Assembly (NCBI GenBank): GCA_002269645.1
Contig: NIVC01000033.1
Span: forward strand, 1-50,177
Source of the DNA: Macrostomum lignano
Lineage: Eukaryota
Direction: 5' to 3'
Length of the DNA: 50,177 nt
Part shown: positions 1 to 11,354 of the stretch, piece after piece
Position numbering within the stretch: position 1 is the first letter of the stretch
Layout: each line of letters begins with the position of its first letter
The notes under the pieces: generated by a model
What the model was told of the DNA's origin: nothing
Seen by the model: only the letters and a program-made list of their open reading frames with translations
Databases searched by the model: none
Translations under genes and position numbers: made by a program

Positions 1-852
1 AGAAAGCGCAGTCTTAAATGAACTGACCAGTGTTTGGATCTGACAGAACATTATTGCTTATCAAACTGAAGCACTTTTATGATTAAACAGAACTCAGAGA
101 TCAGTGGATGAAAGGAACACACGAGCATAAAACTTCAACACCGAGATTTGAGATTGGTATCTATGCTTTAACAGTTTCAGTCACAGACAAATAGTCGCTG
201 GGGTCGGTAGATGTCGAAAAACGGCTTTAAGTTTCTGCCCTATATGGCACTCTACAGGCACATGTAATACTAAGCAATTTTACTACTTTTAGATTACGCA
301 TAACAAAAATAACAAGCTCAGAGAAGCAGTCGTATGACACACATTCCTCGATGTTCGTAGCTTGTCTTCTTTCTGTGTAAAGTTAAAATTAAAGTGAAGA
401 AGTGTATATTGGCTTAGCGTTCTGTACTTCATTTGCCATAGACATTTCAAACTGTAGAGTTCCAGCTAAATGAATTGACGAGTTCGCAAGTTTTTAGATC
501 AGACAGAACTTTATTACTTATCAAACTTGCTGCCCTGGCCATAGACAGTCTATTATCAAACCTTGGGATCTAACGCGGTTTTTACATTTTTATATGCAAA
601 CAAACAAGCCACGGGCTTAACTGGAAGATTTATAATTTCTAGACAATTTGAATACGCCACTGAAAATACAGCATGGATGCAGTTGCACTCAATAGCACTG
701 CCTCTATTCAACGCTTAAGTCCACAGCAAGATGGGTAAGTCAGTTGTAACCAATATGCTAAATAAACTGCCTGTCGGTAAGCATGTGATTGATTTCAGAA
801 AAAAACGGCTCAACCGATTTTCTTGTAACTTGTCCGATATATCAATTTTTAT

Positions 853-1040
853 CCTTGAGCAAGACACTTAACTCTGCATTGCTTCAGTTCACCCAGCTGT
901 AAAATGGGTGCCAGCATTAGCTGGGGCATTAAGGGTGTGTGTGGCGACCCCTCCTCCCCCGGGTCCTTGGATTGAACGCCGTACGCAGCCTGCAGATGCG
1001 CCGCGCAATAGCTGCGGCTGAGCTTTCGGTTGCACATCTG
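853..1040 (+). mobile_element. 5'-truncated CORE-like SINE copy (same family as 26207-26464)
   Basis: 'caagacacttaactctgcattgcttcagttcacccagctgtaaaatggg...cagatgcgccgcgcaatagctgcggctgagc...ggttgcacatc' recurs at about 26290-26464. The first part resembles the MIR/CORE-SINE core. No tRNA head in this copy. Confidence 0.7.
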
Positions 1041-1409
1041 CCCATTAGGGCAAGTGTACTCAATTAAAATTCATTGTTAATTTTACCAATATAAATATAC
1101 TAAAAATGGATATCAATCTAACAAAGATGAAGTGGCTTGAGCCAAAACTGGTGCCACAGCAGTCTGTGAACTTGTACTCGTATTGTAGAAAATTCGTTTG
1201 GCTAATGACCAATTTAATAGTCATGAAATGGACAATTTAGAGAAAGTATTCAACTATCTTTCCCGCTTTTATACCAAAGGCAAAGCTGCATCAATGGAGA
1301 ATTCAGCCAGAAATGGAGTCTGGAGCCGAGCCTGCGTGACTCAGCCAGCTCTGAGGCAGTGCGAAGCTCTGGTGAAGTCGGGAATCAATACCAGGAACAG
1401 GCCTGCTGC

Positions 1410-2654
1410 ATGATCTCCGGACCGTTGAAGGTTCGACTGAAGCGGCAGAAGCAGCCGACAGAGGCGGTTTCCACAGAGCAAGCATCGGCTAAGGCTCCAG
1501 ATGTGACGTCTTTGACACCAGCTCGAAACAAAGACGATCCGAAAGCCGCAGAATCCATGGTGGACAACTCGTCGCAGACTGAACCTAACAAAGCTGCTGA
1601 TGAGGAGCAAGATACTGTCTTCGACTCTGTGAGGCACCTGTTTTAGTTAATAAAATTGACATCGACATTAAAATTTTGCAGAGATTTAACATCCGCACAT
1701 TTAAAGAAAACAACGTGGGGCACCGGGGGGACACAGAGGGACACAGGGGGGCACAGGGGAGGACAGGGGACACAAGGGGATACAAGGGGATACAAGGGGA
1801 CATAGGGGGACACAGGGGGAGACAGGTGACTCAAGGGGACACAAGGGGATACAGCGGGCACACGCTGAACACGCTCAAATTAGACATTATGGGCACTCCT
1901 AGAACGGAGATGAACTGATTCGCACAATCTATAGGCCGATGCAGCTCCGCGGGGCAGCAAAGCCGCTCTGAACGGCATCGTCTGGCTGGAGACTCCGGGC
2001 AGCCTGCTGGTTCTCCGCGACGTCATCTGGCGGGGCCGTCGTTACGTCGGCGCTCTTTTGCCGGAAGAGGCGGCGCCGGTGCCTACGGCGCACAGCAAGA
2101 CCGCTCGCCGCCGAAGTGGCAGACGACGCCGCCGTCATCGCCGTCTTCAAGATCGCCAACAACGGCGGGAGTGCCAGCCTCTGGCATGCAGTCAGACACC
2201 GTTGCTACCGGAAATGGTTTCGAAGGAGCCGCTGCTCACCGAACAGTCCTGCGATGGCTCTGTTGTATATCGCATTTCGTTGAAGCGCCCGCAAAGTCCG
2301 GAAAGTTGCTGCAAAACTTCTGACCAAATCAAGATGAAAGACGTGTCCAAACAATTGAAGCTGGAAGAGAGCAGCGTAGATGAGGCTAAATCGGAGCAGG
2401 TAAATCCAAAAGACGGCGCAGGCTATACGGCCGACTGCAACGAAGAAGAGAAAGCAGACAACAGCAAGTCTACCTGCGCATACAGCGACATCAGCGATGA
2501 CGACGAGACCGCAGTTCCTGCCGCCCTGCCGCCGGGCGCCCCAGGAACGGCACTCTCGCCTTTCTTCACTATGGAATTCCACCCGAGCGTGCTAGCGGCC
2601 TATGCGCGGTGCCTACTGGAGCAGCAGCAACGGCTGACAGGAATGCTGCAATAA
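1410..2654 (+). CDS. ZNF608/ZNF609/brakeless(scribbler)-like protein, short form; predicted join(1410..1628,1935..2654), 312 aa, start uncertain
   Basis: Phase-0 donor tct|gtgagg (1628/1629) and acceptor ctatag|gcc (1934/1935) join in frame. Exon 2 encodes LNGIVWLETPGSLLVLRDVIWRGRRYVGALL, matching from memory the conserved ZNF608/609 block [30 protein letters not shown]. An Arg-rich stretch and AYSDISDD (the family PAYSDISD motif) follow. Further upstream exons are not excluded. Confidence 0.7.
1717..1860. repeat. G/A-rich minisatellite, about 10-bp unit (acaaggggat-like), in the intron of the ZNF608-like gene
   Basis: Repeated acaggggg/acaagggga units seen directly. Confidence 0.85.
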
Positions 2655-2739
2655 GGTTAAAAAGAAACACTATAGCTAGATAGGCTGTTTAATTTTAAGC
2701 GTTGGAAGGTTTTTTTACCTCAGTTATTTATTACAACTT

Positions 2740-2745
2740 AATAAA
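2740..2745 (+). promoter_or_regulatory. Candidate polyadenylation signal AATAAA of the ZNF608-like gene
   Basis: AATAAA 86 nt after the TAA at 2652-2654; position only. Confidence 0.35.
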
Positions 2746-3914
2746 CCTTGCGTTATTTGCTAGTCTATAGTGCTGGTACGTTCGTTGTGTTTGTTTTGAT
2801 TCTTAAATAGAACTAATTTGTTGATGCCAGCGTCTCTAAAAATTCTGATTTTGCTACTTGCAGCATGATATAGCGCTTCTTTATTGAAACGATCGGGGAA
2901 ATTTACGAATCTATCACTTGTATAAGTAATTAGTCAATTTCATATCACAACTGAACTGCTAAATATTATAAATATTGATGTCAACTTTGCGGTTCGAATA
3001 GTATTATTAGCAACTATTGTTGTATTATAGCACAAGCCGCAAAAACAGCTGCTCAATATAATGTATCGTACTTCTTCGATTTACAGAATAAGCAGAGAAG
3101 AATATCAGAAGACGAGTCTGTTTCGTTATGTTCATTGACTGAATTTCTGCTCACTCGATTTTTATTAAGATTTGGCCTCTTGTGAGAGGTTTTAAAGAAT
3201 AGAGACCAAAGTGTGCGGGTTCTGCGAATGATCTCCATGATCCGATAAAATTTAAAGACTTGAATACCGGACACACCAGAATATAAGGTTTGTACAGGAC
3301 AAAAATCTGAACAATCTGTCGAAAAAGTTGCCTTCTACGTGCAAGGGATTCATTGATACATGCATTTTAATAATCGGCTTTTAACTCGTACTTTCGCACT
3401 ATTTGCAAGTGTTGCGCCCTTCTAGTCCAGTAGTCCTTGGAAAAAGACCACTCAAAATGTGCCTCTAGTCAGAAAGGCATTTTCGCCTGTCTGCACTGAG
3501 CTGAAAGCTACAAGCGTAACTGTCTGCAACCCAAGGGCCGCATGAGCTCAGCAGTGAATTCGATAGAAGGGAAGGTTACTGCTGGAATTTTGTGAAACTT
3601 GAGAGTTGGTTTCAGGGTCTCATTCGCTCTCTCTCACAAAGTAGCTATCAGCTTTACCCAGATAGTCCCGGTCTTCGATCCAAGCACACTTATTGATCGA
3701 AATTCAGAAGAGAGATTCTCTTCTTTTAAGCAGCGCTTCTTGGCGGCGAGCTTCTCAGCGAATCTTAGAATTAAAGACTATAGACATTTTCACCCAAGAT
3801 GGATAAATAAAATTATATGGTATAGGGTTTTTGAATTTTGGAAAAGCCAGATAGATAGTCTTCATGCAAAACAGTTGACTACCAAAAAAGGACCAGAGTT
3901 CGCTGGTTTAATCT

Positions 3915-3927
3915 CTGATTGGCTCGC
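3915..3927 (+). promoter_or_regulatory. Inverted CCAAT box (CTGATTGGCTCGC) upstream of gene A
   Basis: Identical 13-mer at 20076-20088 upstream of gene B; CTGATTGGCT at 39334-39343 upstream of gene C. Confidence 0.45.
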
Positions 3928-4164
3928 GGATAGAACGCCAGATTAATAAGCCAAGACGCGTTTAGGAGTCTGCTGCTAAAATCCCCACGCAGCAGACAGA
4001 AGACCCACCAACCATGTATCAGATAGCTTCAGCAAAACCAGGCAAGCCGACATTGCTTCTAAACTGGTAAACGCTTTCAAAGTAGATTCGACCCACACAA
4101 CGAGGACTAAACCATTTGCCTGGCTGCTACAAGCAACAAAGAACCAAAGAAATATTGCGACAAC

Positions 4165-7100
4165 ATGAAGCTGAGGGAGCTGTGGACGCTGCTTTTTGTG
4201 CTGCAGTTGCTGCCACAAGCGCTAACGCAGACTGTGCACGAGTCCAACTCCACCGACTTGCTGTTTGCCAAAATCTTCGACATTCGCTACTCCATGGTCA
4301 ATCCGCCCAGAGTGAATGGGACATTCAATGTCACATTTGACATGGCCATAGCCCAGCTGCTGGAGCTCGTGAGTTCACCGCATCTTATTTCATAATTACA
4401 AGCAATAACCTACCTTGCAACCAACAACAGGTTAAAGTTACCAATGAAATACGAGTATAATTAGTTGGATTAGTCAGATTAGTCAGACTACTCAAGTAGA
4501 ATGACGGGAAAACACGATTCTTGAGAATATTTAGGTGGCAGATTTGACCGAAAAAATACATTACAGCGATAGGAGGTTTTCATTTTTTTCAGCACAGAAA
4601 TTGTTATAGCTTTTGATTGGAGGCTCAGTACTTGAGTAGTCCTTGCATCCTTTATATAGACTACTAGCAAAGTTTCAGATAAATTTAAACTAATTCTAGC
4701 GTTTCTTAACATACACTTTCATTCTTTTATTCTTACCTTATGGAACAAATAATTTCAGAATGAAATCAAGCAAACCATCTCAATGCTTACGTGGAGAAGA
4801 ATGGTAAATAGATGAACTGATTACAGATGCTTGTTCATTTTCTAAAATGCAACTGACAAGTAAATACAAGAGAAAGCTCTTGAATTTTTCAGACCTGGTA
4901 CGACACCAGACTGTCCTGGCGAAATCGAGTCTTCAACGGCAACCTGAGCTTCAACTCTGTCCAGTCAATCAAAATTCCAAATAGTCAGATCTGGAAGCCG
5001 GATTTGGTCGTGTACAATGAGTACGCTGGTTGATTGCCCTTTTCATTGCTTACTTAATCATTATTACTCTTAGAACCTGGTTCTGATATAATCGTCTATC
5101 GTCTAGCATTCCATCAGTCATATCGACTGTCGAGTAAGAACTGATTTTTTCGCTACTGAGGGCCCAGGATTTCAAGTTTCAAACGATTGTTAAGGTCCAG
5201 AGCTTAGCGATAGACGAAATCGGGATTCGTCACTTATCAATTGTATTTCTGGGTTGACTCTAAACCTGAAGTTTTATGTATCTATGCATCATACTTGACT
5301 CTGTAAGTGGAAAAACGCGTCACCAATCAACCCGACCTCTGCAGCGTTCGAGAAACAGAGCTCGACTGGTCCTTCTACTACGCCACAGTTCGGTCCGACG
5401 GCTTTGTTCGACTAAACACGCCGCAGCTGATGAAGATGTCCTGCGCCATCAATGTCGAATACTTTCCGTACGATAAGCAGTCGTGCAGGATGAAGATTGG
5501 CAGCTGGACAATGGACGGAATCGAGTTGAACTTGCTGAACATCAGCTCCCATGCGGATCTGTCATCGTTGGAGGAAGACAATGAGTACTGCGTGATCGGG
5601 GCGCCTCTGAAGCGAAACGAGATCAAATACGCGTGCTGTAGTGCACCCTACCCCGACATTACGTACAGAATTTTGCTGCAGGTAACTGATTACGCTAATA
5701 ATAGATGCTGCTTGCCAACTGACAGCTATGGGTTGGGGCTTTTGAATATATATTGGTATTCCGATGGTGTTCCGATGGTGTACCGATGGTGTACTGATGG
5801 TGTGCCCATAGTGTTCCGATGGTGTGCCCATAGTGTTCCGATGGTGTAACGATGGTGTACCGATGGTGTGCCCATAGTGTTCCGATGGTGTACTGATAGT
5901 GTTCCGATGGTGTACCGATGGTGTACCGATGGTGTACCGATGGTGTACCGATGGTGTACCGATGAAATACTGATGGTGTACCGATGGTGTACCGCCAGGA
6001 CCAAATTTTGCACATGACTGGACAAATTCATTGTGCCTTTGCCCTGGTTGGGAATGACAAAGCAGCACCAGGTTAAATAGCTCGTAGTAACTCATTCAAA
6101 GCATTGATCGTAAGCATACTTGCGCAGATCATGCTCAACGTACTCTAAACAAATAGTTTCAGTCTAAACACTTCCATAGCGCATCATTCATGAATTAAGG
6201 TCATACTCATTCTAACTCTACTTTGTCCATCCTTCCCTGCTCTCCTGACAACGGGGTCCGGTTTACATGGTAATAAGTTTATTCTACATGACGGAAAAGT
6301 TGGTTTTCCGGGCTCGCGTGTGTCAGGCTGCACTCCGAGAACAGTCACCTAACTAGAATTTGCCGCGCAGCTGTGATTGCATAGGAATGGAATTGAGCCA
6401 GAGAGAAGCACTAGGGGAGCGGATGAATGGCAGACGGACGAACTTCCTGCTCACGGCTCTCCCTTAGCAACACTGATCCATAATTTCCCGAGCACTCTGT
6501 TACCATGGCTGCCTATTGGCACTTGAGTTTGACCCGGAAGGATATAAACGATAGCCGCGAATAAAAGCTGTGCCGGCATTGAGGTTTGCTGCTACGCCCG
6601 CAAGCTGAAACAATTGCTGGCCGATTTATTTGGCTGCACAGAGGATATGCCTACGACCATCAGGCTCGTAACTAGCAGTCCGGGAAAGACCAAAGTCGTT
6701 TGATTTCTATTCTGCAGGCTTTCTGTCAACCAAGGGGCAGGCCAATTTTACTGGGGGGACTTAATTAACGCTCAAAGCAAGGAGAAACCAAGAATGACAG
6801 TGAATAGAAGTGGAAGCTGGAGGAGAACAAATGTCTTGGTTAAAATATGTTCTTGAAGATGTAGCATACTGAGAAGCCGAAAGAGCTGGAAGATAAAGGC
6901 TGTTCTATAAAAGCGCCCAAGCAATTGTAGGCTGGTAATACATAATTAATTAATGCCTCTGGGAACATCATTGAGCAAATTAGACGCCCACTGATGGTCC
7001 AGAGAGCCAAGCTCTCTGGCAGTTGCAACGAGACAGACTTTTTCTGTGCGGTCTAGTGCCTACGCAAACATAGGCTCCAGTGAGGTACTTTTCAGTCAAA

Positions 7101-9108
7101 CAGATGAGTAACTGCAATATTTGATGTGTCAGTGACTGCAATTTAGTTATTGCGCGTATTCTGCCATATTAGCCGTATATGGAATTAGATACATTTCCCT
7201 AAGTGCGAGCTGGTATGATTAAAACCTTGGAATAATTGAAGTATTCGTCAAGCGCGTCGAAGCACAGAAGTGCATTCGTTGAAACTTGACGATACATTAA
7301 AATCTTTCGGGTTTTTCACCCACAAACCGTTTCAGCGTAAGCCGCTGTACTACGAGATCAACCTCATCATGCCCTGCATCGCCATCCTCATTGTGGCCCT
7401 GTTCGGCTTCCGACTGCCGCCCGAGTCCGGCGAGCGGATCTCCTTGTGCGTCACGGTGCTGCTGGCGCTCAGCGTGTTTCTGCAGCTGGCCAGCGAGCAC
7501 ACGCCGACTCAGAGTGACGTTGTGCCGCTCATCTGTGAGTTTCTGTTGTGAACGTGGCGAAGGGAATGATGAGGCAAGCTCCGTGTCTCGAACTCCTAAG
7601 TTATCCTACCGCTGCCACACCAACATACTTGTGCAAGATGCAGATACGGTAGCTCAAGCTGCTCAGCAGTAACCCCCGTTGCCTCTACTGCCTGTGCTAA
7701 TTAGAGCTGGGATGGTACAAGTTCTGTACTTGGGGTTTTATAAAGTACGATCGGCTGAAATGGCTAGCAGACCAGGCAGAAGTAATATGGCTGCACTTCA
7801 AGGCGGGTCACAACGGACGCAATTGTAACTTGTAATTAATAGTAGACGCGTGGATTCGGGATTAAAACAAACAACTACGCTCGTAGTGGAAAGTATTTGA
7901 AGCAAATGAAGATGAAGTCAATTCGGTGTGAGCAGCAATTCGAAGTCGGCGTCATCCCTCACCGTGACTTAAAAGTATCCATTTGCCCTCGACGTCCGTC
8001 CAACGTCGGGTACGTTTGGTACGTCGGCCCTCTTACGTCGGATCGGGTAAATCAAAGTCCACATTTGATTCAAGGATAGGCAGATGATCAAAGCTTTGCT
8101 ATCTAACCCATCAACTATTAGCAGACGCGTCGGTGCAGGGAAGTAAAAACCTAAACAAAAACCAAAACCAAAACCAGCAAGCCAAAGGTCTTACTTTGAA
8201 TAACCAATTATGAAGCATGCTCCCAATCTCGGGTGGTTTAATTTTTTTACTCGGAAACGTTAAAAGCAATACTACCATAGGCTGCATTGACTCATCCAAG
8301 TCTATACTAAAAAATATTTATTTTTCAGCTCGCTACTTCATGGCCGCCATCGGAATGTCCTCAATGTGCGTGCTGGGCAGCATCCTGGTCCTGCTGCTGC
8401 ACTTCAACGGCAAGCAGGCCAGACCGATGGGCTCCAGAACTGAGCTGTTCTTCACTCTGCTGTGCCGCCTCATCTGCTACCCGGGCTTCGAGGAATCTGG
8501 CGGCTGCCGGGGCGGAAACCGCAGCGAAAGAGTTCGCCCCGATGTCAGCAGAAAACAAAATGCAACTGTGAAGCACTGGGTTAGTTGTCAGGGAGTTATT
8601 GGGGTTTCCTAAAAAGCCTTCATAGCCTCCATACTACCCACCAACCTCCCCCATGTGAATCCGACAGGCCAGCCCGAGCAAAAATAGCAGCGGACGAAGC
8701 ACCGGCAGTCACTCGCCTCAAAGTTCCACCACAGCCATCAACAATGACATGGAGGTCGAGGAAGTTGATATAGCTCAATACAGAGTACGACCTGCTCCTA
8801 CAGTCCAGGCCAAGGTGCCACCGACGCTGCCTCCGCCTCAGCAGCTGCCAGAGTGGGCCGCTGATGCTCTGGATCGGGTTGATGCCACATTATTTGACAT
8901 TCGCTTAGCTCTGGCTCGGTCGCAGGACTCAAAACGACGTGAAAGACGCTGGGAGGACGCCGCCCAGGTCACGGACCGGCTGCTATTCTACATAGCCATC
9001 ACCGGCTTCATCGGACTCAGCGTCGCGGTCTTCATGGTGCGGCCCAGCGAAGCCATCAGCGCCGCCGCCAACTGCAAGCAGCTGCGCGCCGCTACGATGG
9101 GCACCTGA
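4165..9108 (+). CDS. Gene A: alpha-type nicotinic acetylcholine receptor-like Cys-loop channel subunit; join(4165..4368,4759..4803,4893..5020,5345..5681,7336..7534,8329..8579,8668..9108), 534 aa
   Basis: All introns GT-AG with consistent phases (0,0,2,0,1,0); 1605 nt spliced ORF. Signal peptide, WKPDLVVYN (loop A), Cys-loop CAINVEYFPYDKQSC (C-x13-C), GSWTMDG (loop B), YACCSAPY (vicinal Cys, loop C), TM1-TM2 with ESGERISL (-1' Glu), TM3, and WEDAAQVTDRL followed by TM4. The 45-nt exon 2 is typical of nAChR genes. Confidence 0.93.
5755..5994. repeat. 11-bp minisatellite (ccgatggtgta)n with variants, intron 4 of gene A
   Basis: About 21 units seen directly; explains the repetitive minus-strand ORFs in 5562-6095. 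Confidence 0.9.
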
Positions 9109-10816
9109 CGAGGAGATGTTTGAGTCTCAGGTGACTTTCCAAAAGCATCTGAATCGCGAGTTATGAAGGCAAAGACAACAATTTCGAAGCAGCAGGTTTT
9201 TATTTAGACCTTCAGCAGTTTGCTAAAGCAGAAATTTGACAATGTTTTCCACTGAAAATGCTGGAGAGAGTTTCGGAACTACTAATATAGTTCTTTGTTA
9301 ATTTGCAACTGCTTGAGACATGTACTGACTGTAAGCCTAAATTCAGTCTTAACCTGCTCGTCTTGTATGGTTTGTGCAGGGTAGCGCTACGGGCATAGAT
9401 CCTTTTTATTTGAACGAATAGCCTAATGGAGTACACATTTCGCAGTGCACCCCTACACGTATTTTTAATGCCGGTCAATTACTATGAGTAGTGCTTATTA
9501 AACCAGACACCCTTCTTTGACTTTATCAATTTATGCCATCATTAATATTCCTACCAATATGCCATGCATAATCAGTTTCTAGGTTAGCTGTTCTACATAT
9601 TCTTACGCATGAAATGCATAAAATATTGTTATTATTAACAGTAATATTTTATTGATTCTTAAACACACAAAATACGTTATTTTTGAGCGATTGCAATATT
9701 ATCTTTCAAAGCCTTCTTTCCCCAAAAATTCGACTACAAAGAAAGTTTCAAATCGTGATGTTCATTACCTATTACCTATCAAAGTGCTTAAAGCAGGAAC
9801 CAAAAGCAAATAGATGGTACGTCGACTTTTAAAAAAACACGCATTAAGGTGACAAGCAGGCGGGCGTGGATTAGACGAGGTTTTCTTTGCGAACGGAATT
9901 ACTCAAGTCCGCTGACTGATCTTTTAGGATTCTGTGATTCACACCGATGCTTCATCAGAAAATATTTCTTATTAAGGCTAGTTTAAGAGCGGTTTTTTCA
10001 TCCATGACATGCTTAAGTTCTGTACAGTTCTGCAAAAGATTTAATGAACTGAAAAACATTTATTTTAACTTGGGACCTCTGCGATAGATTAGCATATGCT
10101 TGTTACTTACCATATGCTTATTTTCAATCCTGTATTTTTATGTGTATTGTCAGAAGTTGTTTTCTACACACTGGGCAGCATGCAACATATCGAGCTCCAG
10201 AAACCTCCGAGCCGCGGCCTCCTCTCGCAAGTAACCGGGCGTTGGCTCGACGTGGCATTCCAAGAACAAGGCGTCGAAAAACTCCTGGGGAATTCCCAGA
10301 CACGCGACTGTCTGCGGCGGATTCTACGCACCATTCAGCGAACTTCAGTAGGCGTCGGATCTGCCCTCGCTGTACAGCGAAGTCGGTGAAGCACCGCACC
10401 TGTTCGCGTGTGAGTCTCGCTTCCAGTGCATGGCTCTGCTCTTTTCAGCAGATGTAAAACTTTACAACCTGCTTCTAACATTCCGACTGTTCAACGTCTT
10501 TCCACGTCTGCCATGTGTTGAACCAGTCTCTCTGCTGGATCACTCTACTGAATAACCAATATTTCATAGACATCCATAGTCAACTTGCTTTATTGCACTT
10601 CCTGTAAGATTATTTTCTCTTTCTACGCTCGTAATTGGCGAATTTTAGCCATAGAAGATTGAAGTTTCCAAATCGATTTGTAGTGACTGGCTGCTAACTG
10701 GCTATTCAGCAGCATTCACTAGCTTTCTTTAAGAGCTCTGTGTTCCGCTGCACAGCAGCTCAGTCCACCTGACCTAGAGAGAGACACCCTGTGCTGGGCC
10801 TAAGTGTTTACTGCCC

Positions 10817-11181
10817 GATGACTCATCGCCCGAGCAGGCGCGGGCAGCCACACACAACAATGTCTTCCCACTCGCGCTGAGGAGGCATAGCAGGATGACT
10901 CATCACCTGCCCTGAGTGTAATGGCTGCCTAGAGGGAGTAAACAGGATGACTCATCCGCCCAAATCTATTTTTAGCACAGAAAAGCACGTGACTATGCAC
11001 GCTAGTTGTGCGTTTCAGCTGACCTTGAGTCCCGCCACGGCGGCGTGACAGGGTTACCTTATTTGGAAGTTGGCCTTGAGTCACGCACCTCTCGCACGAC
11101 TCGAAGGACCAAATAAGGAAGTTTCACGCGCTCACCGCATGAAACTCACGTGACTTTTGGGGGTCCGATCGGCTATAAATA
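10817..11181 (+). promoter_or_regulatory. Promoter-like motif cluster: 3x GATGACTCATC (AP-1 type), 2x CACGTGAC E-box, TATAAATA
   Basis: GATGACTCATC at 10817, 10894 and 10946; CACGTGAC at 10986 and 11147; TATAAATA at 11174-11181. Function not shown. Confidence 0.4.
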
Positions 11182-11354
11182 CAGAGCATCTGGGAGCCGT
11201 TTTTCCCCAGATGTCGTGCTTCGAGCGTTCGCGTCTGTCCGGCGACCGGAGCTGCCTCTCTGCCTCCGAGCTCTCCTCTCTCATTTCAGGATTTCAGGTT
11301 TTTCAGGTTCGAGCAGCAATTTTAAGAACGATCAACTGTCCAGACATTTTCAGA

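Noticed and set aside
1198-1413. 71-aa ORF as first exon of the ZNF608-like gene
   Set aside because: It is in a different frame from the GPLKVRLKR exon and ends in a stop, with no clear splice link; left unassigned.
5562-6095. Long ORFs over tandem repeats (also 14192-15217) and antisense ORFs over GC-rich exons and LINEs
   Set aside because: They are by-products of stop-free repeat units or GC-rich codon usage on the other strand; no independent motifs.
4165-9108. Cephalopod chemotactile-receptor-like or anion-selective channel
   Set aside because: The vicinal loop-C cysteines and binding-site aromatics are retained, and the selectivity filter has -1' Glu rather than a PAR motif.
10150-10410. 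Possible orphan exon (acceptor at about 10152, gtgagt donor at about 10410)
   Set aside because: No recognisable homology, the longest frame stops before the donor, and there are no partner exons.
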